DNA of 40,976 nucleotides. Origin: Candidatus Micrarchaeia archaeon. GTDB lineage: Archaea; Micrarchaeota; Micrarchaeia; Anstonellales; J096. The notes below the pieces were generated by a model. That model ran no database searches, was not told the origin of the DNA, and worked only from the letters and a program-made list of their open reading frames with translations. The position numbers and the translations under genes are program-made. The stretch spans positions 1 to 40,976 of the forward strand of contig JBGQMY010000009.1 of the NCBI GenBank assembly GCA_041500865.1. Reading direction: 5' to 3'. This document shows positions 9,716 to 18,695 of the stretch, piece by piece; position 1 is the stretch's first letter, and every line of letters starts with the position of its first letter.

Positions 9716-10624
9716 ATGAAAGTATTAATAACTGGTGCAGCTGGATTCGTCGGCTCCAGGCTCTGCAAGCATTTCGAGTCAAGAGGCCATGAGGTGATAG
9801 CATGCGACAACTTCCGCTTCGGGTCGCACAAAACGCTTAAGGGATTCAAAGGGAAGGTGTTTTCCAAGGATTTCTCATCGATAACAGACGATGATTTGGC
9901 CGGAGTGAATGCCGTTTTCCATGAGGCTGCGATATCCGATCCCACTTTCAAGTCAGAGACTGAGATAATGGAGACCAACTTCCAGGATGCGTCTGCGTTC
10001 ATGGACCGCTGCTGCGGCCTTGGGATACGTTTCATATATGCTTCCTCATCTGCCGTATATGGAAATACCAAGACACCGAACGTTGAATTCATGGACGAGA
10101 AGCCGCATAATGCCTATGCCATGTCCAAGCTTAAGCTGGACCATTATGCCATAAAAAAGATGAAGGACGGAAACAGGATAAACGGCCTGAGATACTTCAA
10201 CATATATGGCCCTGGCGAGGAGTTCAAGGGCAAGCCATCGTCAATCGTATTCCATTTCCTGAAAAGCTTCCTTTCAGGGGACCGCCCGGTGATTTTCGGG
10301 GACGGCAAACAGAGGCGCGATTTCATATACATAGAGGATATCCTCAATGCGAACGAGCTGGCCATTTCAGCCAAGGAAAGCTTCATAGTCAACGTGGGCA
10401 GCGGAAAATCAACATCTTTCAATGATCTTTATAGGCTGATAGAGGAAGAGCTTGGAATGGAAGAAACAGGCCCGATATACAAGCCGAATCCATCCCCCAG
10501 CAATTACCAATACAATGTCGAGGCCAGCCTGGACTTATGCGCGCACAAGCTTGGATTTGTTCCATCCTGGAGTCTAAAGAACGGCATAAAGGAATTTGCC
10601 GCATATCTGGAGGCGGTATTATAG
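9716..10624 (+). CDS. Nucleotide-heptose 6-epimerase-like SDR (HldD/RfaD-like)
   Basis: TGAAGFVG, FHEAAISD, METNF, YASSSAVYG, YAMSK, GLRYFNIYGPGEEFKG, QRRDFIY; heptose gene context. Confidence 0.75.
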   Translation: MKVLITGAAGFVGSRLCKHFESRGHEVIACDNFRFGSHKTLKGFKGKVFSKDFSSITDDDLAGVNAVFHEAAISDPTFKSETEIMETNFQDASAFMDRCCGLGIRFIYASSSAVYGNTKTPNVEFMDEKPHNAYAMSKLKLDHYAIKKMKDGNRINGLRYFNIYGPGEEFKGKPSSIVFHFLKSFLSGDRPVIFGDGKQRRDFIYIEDILNANELAISAKESFIVNVGSGKSTSFNDLYRLIEEELGMEETGPIYKPNPSPSNYQYNVEASLDLCAHKLGFVPSWSLKNGIKEFAAYLEAVL

Positions 10625-10689
10625 TGAGCAGCAATCCGTATAAAGACTCCTGGTGCCAGCCTTTAAAAGCTTAGCGCGCATGTATTATT

Positions 10690-11613
10690 ATGGACAACTT
10701 ATCGCATGTTGTAGTCACCGGCGGAGCGGGATTCATAGGAAGCAATATCGCCAGGAAACTCATCCAAAGAGGCGATGAAGTTTCAGTTGTTGACAATATG
10801 CACACCGGCTCGCCCGGGAACCTAGGCGGAGTCGGCATAAAGAAGCTGTACAAGGAAAATGTCGGAAACATCGGCAAGCTCGGGATGGGCGATGTGGATT
10901 ATATCTTTCATGAGGGGATATATTCCTCATCTCCGATGTACAGGGAAGATAAGAGGCTTACCGGCAAGGCCGTTTCGGAATTCATAGAGCTGATGGAGTT
11001 CGCGAGAGCCAAGGACATAGGGGTTACTTTCGCGTCAACCTCTTCGATATACAATGGATTTAAGCCACCGCACAGGGAAGACATGCTTCCGCTGGTAAGG
11101 GATTTCTATACAGAAGCCAGATATCCGATGGAGAGGATAGGCAAGCTCTACTCCGACATATATGGGATAAAGGTAATTGCGCTGAGATACTTCAGCGTTT
11201 ATGGGCCACACGAAAAGGCAAAGGGCGAGTATGCAAACCTGATTACCCAGTTTATGCTGGGCATGGCAAAGGGAAAGAGGCCGGTGATATACGGGGACGG
11301 AAGCCAAAGGCGGGATTTCATCAATGTTGATGACGTTGTCAAGGCAAACATCATGTCGATGGAGAAGAGAAATCTGAATTATGGTTTTTTCAACGTCGGA
11401 ACCGGAAAGAGCTACAGCCTGAATGAGATGGCGGGGATGCTGAACAAGAGCATGAGGAAGAGCATAGCTCCGAGATATGTAGAGAACAAGGCTTTCAATT
11501 ATATTCATGAAACGCTTGCGGATGCCTCGCTGTGCAAAGAAAAGCTTGGATTTGAAGCCAAGATTAGCCTTGAAACAGGGATAAAGAATCTGGTCAGTTT
11601 CTACGGATACTGA
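10690..11613 (+). CDS. NAD-dependent epimerase/dehydratase (YxxxR variant)
   Basis: TGGAGFIGS, FASTSSIY, YTEAR, LRYFSVYGP, GDGSQRRDF. Confidence 0.85.
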   Translation: MDNLSHVVVTGGAGFIGSNIARKLIQRGDEVSVVDNMHTGSPGNLGGVGIKKLYKENVGNIGKLGMGDVDYIFHEGIYSSSPMYREDKRLTGKAVSEFIELMEFARAKDIGVTFASTSSIYNGFKPPHREDMLPLVRDFYTEARYPMERIGKLYSDIYGIKVIALRYFSVYGPHEKAKGEYANLITQFMLGMAKGKRPVIYGDGSQRRDFINVDDVVKANIMSMEKRNLNYGFFNVGTGKSYSLNEMAGMLNKSMRKSIAPRYVENKAFNYIHETLADASLCKEKLGFEAKISLETGIKNLVSFYGY

Positions 11614-11629
11614 TTGAAAATGGCAGAAG

Positions 11630-12524
11630 ATGGATAATATGGCAACATTGGAGATAACAACCCGGATAGGATGCAGCAATATGTGCGTGTATTGCCCGCA
11701 GAAGCTTCTTTTGGATAGTTATGCATTAAGGAACGCAGAGGCAGACAAATATGTAATGTCATTTGAGGACTTCAAAACCTGCATAGGCAAAGTGCCAAAA
11801 AACGTGCATATACACTTTACCGGCTTTGCCGAGCCGTTCCTGAACCCAGACTGCATGGAAATGGCAGAATATGCGGATAAGGCAGGATACCCAATTCATA
11901 TTTATACCACGCTTATGGGCATGCATCCATCAGACATGCATAAAATTTCTTTGATGAAAAACCTTGTCGGGCTTGTCGTGCATCTTCCAAGCAGGCAGAA
12001 TGACACGAAGATAGTTGTTGACGGCAAATACCTCAATAACCTTGAAAGCGCATGCGAGCGCATCAAGCCGCTGGAATTTGTCTATTTTGGCGAACTGGAC
12101 GACAGGATTAAAGGAATCGTGGGGGGGGGGGGCTTACCTGAAAGACAAGGCAACGCTTCATGACAGGGCCGGAACATTAAGCGAGGATAAATTGGTTGGA
12201 TTCAATTCTGTTTCAAAACAGGAAAGGAAAAAAGGCGTCATAACCTGCTATTCCTGCGGAAACAAGTTAGACCACAATATCCTTCTTCCAAACGGCGACG
12301 TTGTACTGTGCTGCATGGACTATGGCATGAAACACGTTATTGGCAACCTGCTGACAGACGATTATGTCTCGTTGTTCCAGTCCAAAGAATACAAAAGGGT
12401 AAAAAGCGGACTTTCAAACCCAAATGAGGACATTATATGCAGGGATTGCTTCAATTCCATTGAAAGAAAAGGCGTTTGGGGATGGATAAGATACCTCAAT
12501 GCAGTGCGGAAAGAATGGATTTAA
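11630..12524 (+). pseudogene. Radical SAM/SPASM-domain protein, out of frame at a G12 tract (candidate phase-variable gene, OFF state)
   Basis: ORF1: CSNMCVYC (CxxxCxxC), FTGFAEPF, YTTLMG. ORF2: HDRAG, C..., LLPNGDVVLCCMDY, IGNL, CRDC (SPASM). G11 would join them into 297 aa. Confidence 0.85.
12121..12132 (+). repeat. Homopolymeric G12 tract
   Basis: ATCGT GGGGGGGGGGGG CTTAC; by far the longest homopolymer I saw in the window. Confidence 0.97.
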
Positions 12525-12609
12525 GGACGTTATGGCATTAGCGAATAGCGTTAAACCCAGCTCCCAAACCAAAGCATAGTTTTTTATATTTCCCGCACGG
12601 TATGCCGTT

Positions 12610-13410
12610 ATGACCTGGGAAGAGAAAAACTATCAAGGATATTCGAGCGGAACGCTTGGCAGCGCCCTTTTGGAAGAAAACGTCTTTTATGAATCAGAAC
12701 GGGCCTTCAGGCTTCATTTCAACAGCGCTGCAGATTTCGGCAAGTGCATCGACTTCGGCGGCAGGATAGGGGAAAGGACGAGAAAAATACGCGATATTGT
12801 TGTATTTGAGATTGACAAGGGCTCAATAGAATGGATGAAGAATGAAAAAATACTATGTATCGGCAATATCGAGGGCATACAGGACAATTCGCTGGACATG
12901 GTCTATTGCTCCCATGTTTTGGAGCACATAAAGAACTATAACATGACATTGGACACGATCCGCAGGAAACTGAAGGATGGCGGGCAGCTTATTCTGGTGG
13001 TGCCCGTCGAGTTCCCAAAGATTGATTTCGGCGGTTTTGTAATAGACGAGAACGGCCATATACAGAATTGGGGCCTGCCGAACATTTTCACGGTCCTTGA
13101 CAACAGCGGCTTTGCGGTTGAGGGCTGGAAGACGCTGTTCGTCCCCCTAATCCCATTCTCAAAAAGGCTGTTCTGCCATTCCAGGTCAGTTCCAAGGGCG
13201 GTTAAGACAGCATACCTTGACATCCAGTCCAAACTTCTCAAACACAAGACAATCCGCTTTGTGGCGTATGCCATATGCGCAGCCATGTCGTTTTCCATAA
13301 ATTCATTTATAGTTTTTCCGTTTTCCGTTTTTGGGAAGAGGCCCCCTTCATTCTTCATAAATCCGATTCTTGGCGAGATTGTCGTTTACTGCAGAAAACC
13401 GGGGCAATAG
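12610..13410 (+). CDS. Class I SAM-dependent methyltransferase with hydrophobic C-terminal segment
   Basis: IDFGGRIG, FEID, YCSHVLEHI, KLKDGG. Paralog of 2664-3494. Confidence 0.8.
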   Translation: MTWEEKNYQGYSSGTLGSALLEENVFYESERAFRLHFNSAADFGKCIDFGGRIGERTRKIRDIVVFEIDKGSIEWMKNEKILCIGNIEGIQDNSLDMVYCSHVLEHIKNYNMTLDTIRRKLKDGGQLILVVPVEFPKIDFGGFVIDENGHIQNWGLPNIFTVLDNSGFAVEGWKTLFVPLIPFSKRLFCHSRSVPRAVKTAYLDIQSKLLKHKTIRFVAYAICAAMSFSINSFIVFPFSVFGKRPPSFFINPILGEIVVYCRKPGQ

Positions 13411-13543
13411 CCAAGAATAAGCGTTTTAAACCCGACAACCGGATGCTTTTTAAATTCGGGCTGCCATCGCTATTTTCAATGTTCCATCAGCTCAAGGCGC
13501 AGCGTTTAGGCATTAAAAATGATGTAGCATCCTGGCGTTTCCC

Positions 13544-14431
13544 ATGAAAACCATAATGTCCAGGACCGGCGAAAAGCTGGGGATAACCCTGTTTGACAAT
13601 GGCGGCAACGCGCGGGAGCTGGAAAGCATGGAAGAATACTATTTCCTGGTCAACCTGTGGGGGAACGCAAGGCGCTGCCTGAAATACATCATAGCGAAAT
13701 CTTTGGTAAGGATGGACGCTGTCTCGCTGTTCGTGCTTTCCAAGTTTCTCATGAAAAAAATGGCTGGCGCCGAAATCACTACCGAGCGAGACCAGCTCTT
13801 TGAGAGGCTGTCCGGGATTCACCATTTTGAGCTGCTCTTCAGGGGCAGGAGAATCCAATTTTCCCAAAATCCCGGCTTCATCTTCAACACCATCCACCAG
13901 GTATTCACTGAAAACCAGTATAATGTAAGCGAAAAGAACGTAATGGGCAAGATTGTAGTTGACGCTGGCAGCCAATTAGGAGATTTTTCAATACTTTGTG
14001 CCTGCTATGGGGCAAAGAAAGTCTATGCCTTTGAGCCAATAGAAAAGGATTTCAAGATTTTGCAGCAGAATATAAAGCTGAATGGATTAGAAGATATCAT
14101 AATCCCATTCCAAAATGCGGTCGGATCAGAGAATGGGAAAGTCAACATTGGCTCCGCTACAAGTCCAGTGGATGTTGATTGTATAGCATTAGACACTTTC
14201 CTAGATGGAGAAAGGATTGATTTCCTGAAGATGGATATAGAAGGAGATGAGGAAAAAGCGCTCATCGGGGCAAAAGAGACTATCAAGAAATTCAAACCAA
14301 TATTGTCTTTTGCAGCATACCACTATAATGGCAAATATAAGACTAGGCTTCAGGAAGTAGTGCATTCAATAAGGCCTGATTATGCGATAAAGCTGAACTC
14401 GTTCTACGAGGAGGACTTCTACTGCGAATAG
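13544..14431 (+). CDS. FkbM-family methyltransferase
   Basis: VVDAGSQLGDFS, VYAFEP, NIKLN, IDFLKMDIEGDE, AAYH. Confidence 0.88.
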   Translation: MKTIMSRTGEKLGITLFDNGGNARELESMEEYYFLVNLWGNARRCLKYIIAKSLVRMDAVSLFVLSKFLMKKMAGAEITTERDQLFERLSGIHHFELLFRGRRIQFSQNPGFIFNTIHQVFTENQYNVSEKNVMGKIVVDAGSQLGDFSILCACYGAKKVYAFEPIEKDFKILQQNIKLNGLEDIIIPFQNAVGSENGKVNIGSATSPVDVDCIALDTFLDGERIDFLKMDIEGDEEKALIGAKETIKKFKPILSFAAYHYNGKYKTRLQEVVHSIRPDYAIKLNSFYEEDFYCE

Positions 14432-14464
14432 CGTTTTTTAAACCCAACTTCTTAACTGAAGTAT

Positions 14465-15592
14465 ATGCAGCTTGCGATACTTTGCGGCGGATTGGCTACG
14501 AGGCTCGGCGGCCTGTCCAAGGGCGTCCCAAAGGCCCTGATGGGCATCAACGGCAGGCCCTTCCTTGATTTGATATTCGAAAGATACAGGGCAGCCGGCT
14601 TCACCAGGTTCGTGCTTCTTGCAGGGTACCTTGCAGACCAGCTCAAAGGTTACGAGTCGGCGGACACATCGATGGTGGTTGAGCCAGAGCCCCTTGGCAC
14701 AGGCGGCGCGGTGCTAAACGCCCTTGGCCAGCTGGAAAGCAGGTTCTGGCTGGCAAACGGCGACACCTACCTCATGGCGCCGGATATGGCGGAATTCGTG
14801 GCATTCTCAATGGACAAGCCGGCCTCCATGTACATGACGTACGAGGACGCGTTCGACAAGGATGTCCCGAGACTGGAAAATGGCAGGATAACCGGCTTCA
14901 CCAGGAGCGACACAGGCAGGGACTGGGTCAATGCAGGGCTTTTCTCCTTCTCTAGGGATGCACTGAAGGGGTTCGGCAAAGGCAAGCTGGAGCTCGAGAA
15001 GGACGTCCTTTCAAAAATCGCGTCACAAGGCGGGCTTTACGGCTTCAGGGGGAAAGGCAAGCTGTTTGACATAGGCAGGCCCGAGCGGCTTGAGCTGTTC
15101 AGGAACTTCATGAAGGAAAAGGGCAAAAGGAAGGCAGTGCTGATAGACAGGGACGGGACGATAATGGAGCATGTTCACTACATCAACGACCCGGACAGGG
15201 TTGTCATCAGGGAGCTTGTCGTTGAAAAGCTCAAAGCGTTCCGTGATGCGGGCTACATGGTTATCATGGTCTCCAACCAGAGCGGGATAAAAAAAGGCCT
15301 GATAACAAAGGAGCAGCATGACGCGGTCATGCAAAGGATGGACGAGCTGCTGGCCGAGAAGGGCCTGGAGCTGGACGACGTGCTCTTCTGCTTCTCAACG
15401 GACAAGGACAACGACCCAAGGCGCAAGCCAAGCCCTGGCATGATTTTTGAGGCGAGGGACAAGTACGGCCTTGACCTTTCGCAGTGCGTCATGGTCGGGG
15501 ACAGGGAAGACGTTGACATGGAGGCTGGCAGGCGCGCAGGCATCGGAAGGTGCTACCTTGTTGATGATTTCGTCAAAAGCGCAAAACCCTAA
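14465..15592 (+). CDS. hddC-gmhB: Fused heptose-1-phosphate guanylyltransferase (HddC-like) and heptose-1,7-bisphosphate phosphatase (GmhB-like HAD)
   Basis: N: LCGGLATRL, PKAL, EPEPLGTGGA, NGDT, NAG, FDIG.PE. C: DRDGT, VSNQSGI, RKPSPGM, MVGD...D. Confidence 0.9.
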   Translation: MQLAILCGGLATRLGGLSKGVPKALMGINGRPFLDLIFERYRAAGFTRFVLLAGYLADQLKGYESADTSMVVEPEPLGTGGAVLNALGQLESRFWLANGDTYLMAPDMAEFVAFSMDKPASMYMTYEDAFDKDVPRLENGRITGFTRSDTGRDWVNAGLFSFSRDALKGFGKGKLELEKDVLSKIASQGGLYGFRGKGKLFDIGRPERLELFRNFMKEKGKRKAVLIDRDGTIMEHVHYINDPDRVVIRELVVEKLKAFRDAGYMVIMVSNQSGIKKGLITKEQHDAVMQRMDELLAEKGLELDDVLFCFSTDKDNDPRRKPSPGMIFEARDKYGLDLSQCVMVGDREDVDMEAGRRAGIGRCYLVDDFVKSAKP

Positions 15593-15624
15593 TGTTTATT
15601 AAGTTTTCAGCGCAACTAGCAACC

Positions 15625-15933
15625 ATGATAAGGATTTACTACATAGCTTCAGAGAAGTTCAAGGACGCGAAAAAGCTGCTGGAGGAGAATCCTTATGCAG
15701 AGGACAGCTTCGCGCATGCGGGATACACGCTCAAGGACGCCAAGGACTACGGCTTCAAGGCATCCGGCTACTACATTTACGTGGACAGCGACGAGGCGTT
15801 CATAAAAAAGGCGGATGCCAAGCTCAAGGGCATGGCGGATGTCGTTGAAGGCAAGGAGCTTGAAGGCGTAAAGGCCAAGATAGACGAGGAGCAGAGCAAC
15901 GCCATAAGCGGCTTCGGGTCGATATTCGGCTGA
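15625..15933 (+). CDS. Hypothetical protein
   Basis: Host-like codon usage, TATA-like TTTATTAA ~22 nt upstream, C-terminus AISGFGSIFG; function unknown. Confidence 0.65.
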   Translation: MIRIYYIASEKFKDAKKLLEENPYAEDSFAHAGYTLKDAKDYGFKASGYYIYVDSDEAFIKKADAKLKGMADVVEGKELEGVKAKIDEEQSNAISGFGSIFG

Positions 15934-16166
15934 TGGCGGCTATGCCTTCATGCCCAGATATTCCTTTTTTGTCATTTTTGCGCCTCTTATGCAGGAATTT
16001 ATTATGACATTCTGCTGCCTTGACCATTCCCTGTCGCTGTGGCTAAGGACATATTTGGACCATAGGTCAACGAACTTTAGTCTCTCTTTTTGGTTTTCCT
16101 CAATAAATCCCATCAATTGATTTCATCAGCCTTAGCTTTAAATCCCTTTGGGATAATTAGAATATC

Positions 16167-16682
16167 GTGACAGAAGAACAGGAAACAAGGAAGATTGCTT
16201 CGAGAGGCATACCGTCCAAAGAGTCCATCTACCTTCCGGCGCACAACAGCCCGGAGGTAAGGCGCTTCCAGGACGACAACGAGAACGGGACAAGGAACGT
16301 CTGGCAGCTGGCAGAGATTGTAAATTTTGTCTTCCCGTCCAAATACCAGAGGGTATACAACGATATTGCGCTGAAGTTCATGTCAAAGGTCATAAGCAAG
16401 CTGGAGCTGGACTCAGAGGGCATAACCGGGTTCGTGAAGGAAAGCGGCGTGTCCAAGGCAACATTCTACAACAGGATACTGCCCAGGCTCAGGCGCGTGG
16501 GCATGATAAAGCTGGAGCGCGAGATTGAAAGCGATTTGAAGGCGACCAAGAAAAGGAGGAAGATGAGGATTTCGCTGAGCAAGACATTCGGAAACTATTT
16601 TTCAAAGATAGGGGAAAGCTGGCTTGCGTTGGTTGACGACGCAAGGAGCTCAACTGAGCAGGAAAAGCAAAGACGGCTGTAA
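16167..16682 (+). CDS. Hypothetical protein, probable winged-helix DNA-binding domain
   Basis: GTG start ~23 nt after TTTAAA; HTH-like segment FVKESGVSKATFYNRILPRLRRVGMIK. Confidence 0.65.
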   Translation: MTEEQETRKIASRGIPSKESIYLPAHNSPEVRRFQDDNENGTRNVWQLAEIVNFVFPSKYQRVYNDIALKFMSKVISKLELDSEGITGFVKESGVSKATFYNRILPRLRRVGMIKLEREIESDLKATKKRRKMRISLSKTFGNYFSKIGESWLALVDDARSSTEQEKQRRL

Positions 16683-16683
16683 T

Positions 16684-18075
16684 TCATTTCTTGTGGTTAT
16701 GGCCTTTCAGCTTGCCGGCCATCTCCTTTGACTCGCTGGCTATCTTCTTCAGCCGCGACTTCTTCTGGGCGATTTCTTCCCCTATCTTCGCCTCGCCTTC
16801 GGCAATCTCAGATAGCCGTTGGTCTATCTTGGTTGACGTCCTCTCAAGCTCCCCGAGGTACGACTCTATGGCCCTTGCGCTGGCCTTCTCGTCTATGTCC
16901 CTTATCTCGGATTCCGCCTTTGTGACAAGCCGCCTTATGTCGTCCGTTTCCTTCATGTAGGACTCAAGGTACCTGTCCAGCTTGGCCTCAAGCTTCCCGG
17001 TCTCCTCTATCTCCTTTTTCAATGACTCCACTTCAGCTTTTTTCCCTGAAACGGCCTTCCTTGCCTTTGAAACCCCTGTGAGGAACTCGTCCCTCTTTCC
17101 GTTTATGGCGTTTACCGCAGAAAGCGCATCCTCAAGCTGTTTGTTGATTGCTGCTGCGCTTTCCTTGATGGATTCCGCCTTCCTTTCAGTGTCCTTCCTT
17201 GCCTTCTCAACGAGCGAATACGTGTCTTCAAGCGCCGAAAGCCTTTCCTGGTCCTGCATAAGCTCGGCCTCAAGCTCGGTTATGCCCTTTTCCATGTCCC
17301 TGTTCTTTTTCCTGGTCTCGTCCTTGAGCCCCCTAAGCACGGAATCCAGCTTCATGTACGCGCCGCTTGCCTCGTCCACAAGCTCCTTCGCCATCCTGCC
17401 CCTCTGGCTCACGTGCGACGCTATCTCCTCTGCGCCCTTCAGGTCCTTCCTGAGCCCGTTTATCCTCTTTTGCAGGGCAGCGACCTTTTCCACTATGCCA
17501 TTGACTTTTTCTTCGCCGTACCTTTCAAGCTGCGGCAGTTCGGCGTTGAGCTTGCCCTGCTTGGCCTCAAGCTCCTTTATGCCGTTGCCCAGCGTTTCCG
17601 CCTCTTCAGCGTATTCCGCCATCTTCTCCCTTATCTTCGCGAATGAGGCCTCTGCCTTTGATTCCTTTGCCGGCGCAGGCGCTCCCTCATCATGCTGCGC
17701 CCTCTTTGGCATCCTGTTGTCCTGGGATATCTCGTGCGCCCTTCCCCTCTCGTGCCTGCGCTCCTCTTCCCTGGCAGCAGGCATTTCCACCTCTGCTATC
17801 GCCTCTTCCGCGGTCTCCTTTGCCTGCCCTTCGCTGACATACGGCAGGCCAGCAGCCTTGCTGCCGCCCAGGTCAAGAAGCCACACCGCAAAAATCTTGG
17901 TCAGCTTGTATTCCAATTTTAAGTAGCCCTCGTCCTCAAGTACAAGCAGCCATTTCTTTATCTTCTTCTTGTCAATCCCAACCTGTTTGGCAAGCTCGTC
18001 CAGCTCAATCCTCTTTTTCTGGCTGAGCAGGTCTATAAGCCTGTCTATCTCGGTGTTTATTACGATGTCATCCAT
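16684..18075 (-). CDS. N-terminal winged-helix plus long coiled-coil protein
   Basis: IELDELAKQVGIDKKKIKKWLLVLEDEGYL wHTH-like; remainder E/K/A-rich heptads; no Walker motifs. Confidence 0.75.
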   Translation of the reverse strand: MDDIVINTEIDRLIDLLSQKKRIELDELAKQVGIDKKKIKKWLLVLEDEGYLKLEYKLTKIFAVWLLDLGGSKAAGLPYVSEGQAKETAEEAIAEVEMPAAREEERRHERGRAHEISQDNRMPKRAQHDEGAPAPAKESKAEASFAKIREKMAEYAEEAETLGNGIKELEAKQGKLNAELPQLERYGEEKVNGIVEKVAALQKRINGLRKDLKGAEEIASHVSQRGRMAKELVDEASGAYMKLDSVLRGLKDETRKKNRDMEKGITELEAELMQDQERLSALEDTYSLVEKARKDTERKAESIKESAAAINKQLEDALSAVNAINGKRDEFLTGVSKARKAVSGKKAEVESLKKEIEETGKLEAKLDRYLESYMKETDDIRRLVTKAESEIRDIDEKASARAIESYLGELERTSTKIDQRLSEIAEGEAKIGEEIAQKKSRLKKIASESKEMAGKLKGHNHKK

Positions 18076-18598
18076 CGCGCTTTTCCCCCACCTTGACTTT
18101 CCACGTGCCGCTGAGCTTCCTTGCAGCCCTTTCCAGCGCCTTCCTGGCCACCAGGTCGTGCTGGCCGTACGTGTCTATCTCAAAAAGCGTCTGGCCCTTT
18201 GCGACGAGCGCTGCCCTGTCAATGGGCTTCCCGAAGGCGCCCCTCATCCCCTTCTGGATCCTGTCCGCCCCTGCGCCCGCGACCATCTTGTTTTCCCTTA
18301 TTATGTGGTGCGGATACACGCGGACTTTCGCGAAAAACCTGTCAAGCAGCTCCTTTTCCAGCACCTTGTTCATGGACTGGCGCGCAGCCTCTATGGCATT
18401 GTCCCTGTGGTACATCTTCTCAGTCGCTACCAACTCGTACCTGCGGTCGTAATCCGGCTTCTTTACCCCCATTATGAACTGGTGCAGGTCCGCGTGCGGC
18501 ATGGATTTCACGAAGCTTTTCCTGGGCCTCCTCCTGCTGAACCGCGTCCATGCTACCTTGTTGGCGTCCCTTATTGATCTTGCTGGCCTTATGCTCAT
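18068..18598 (-). CDS. rpl10e: 50S ribosomal protein L10e/uL16
   Basis: RPAR, RDNAIEAAR, RVYPHHIIRENK, GAGADRIQKGMRGAFGKP. Confidence 0.95.
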   Translation of the reverse strand: MSIRPARSIRDANKVAWTRFSRRRPRKSFVKSMPHADLHQFIMGVKKPDYDRRYELVATEKMYHRDNAIEAARQSMNKVLEKELLDRFFAKVRVYPHHIIRENKMVAGAGADRIQKGMRGAFGKPIDRAALVAKGQTLFEIDTYGQHDLVARKALERAARKLSGTWKVKVGEKRDG

Positions 18599-18695
18599 TC
18601 TTCATCACCGGTGTTTATTGAATTTGGTATAGGTCATTCTTAGTGAAAAGCTTTTTAAATGGTCGTTTCTGGCCCGCCTGACGGCTACGAATCAG

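Noticed and set aside
15934..16166. 230-bp intergenic region, possible ncRNA or small ORF
   Set aside because: No convincing structure, repeat or coding signal recognised.
16982..17926. 314-aa Ser/Phe-rich ORF on the plus strand
   Set aside because: Antisense shadow of the E/K-rich coiled-coil gene. The many similar shadow ORFs (e.g. 23331-24095, 19543-20193) were ignored for the same reason.
16684..18075. Possible SMC/Rad50 ATPase
   Set aside because: No Walker A/B or signature motif; only wHTH plus coiled coil.
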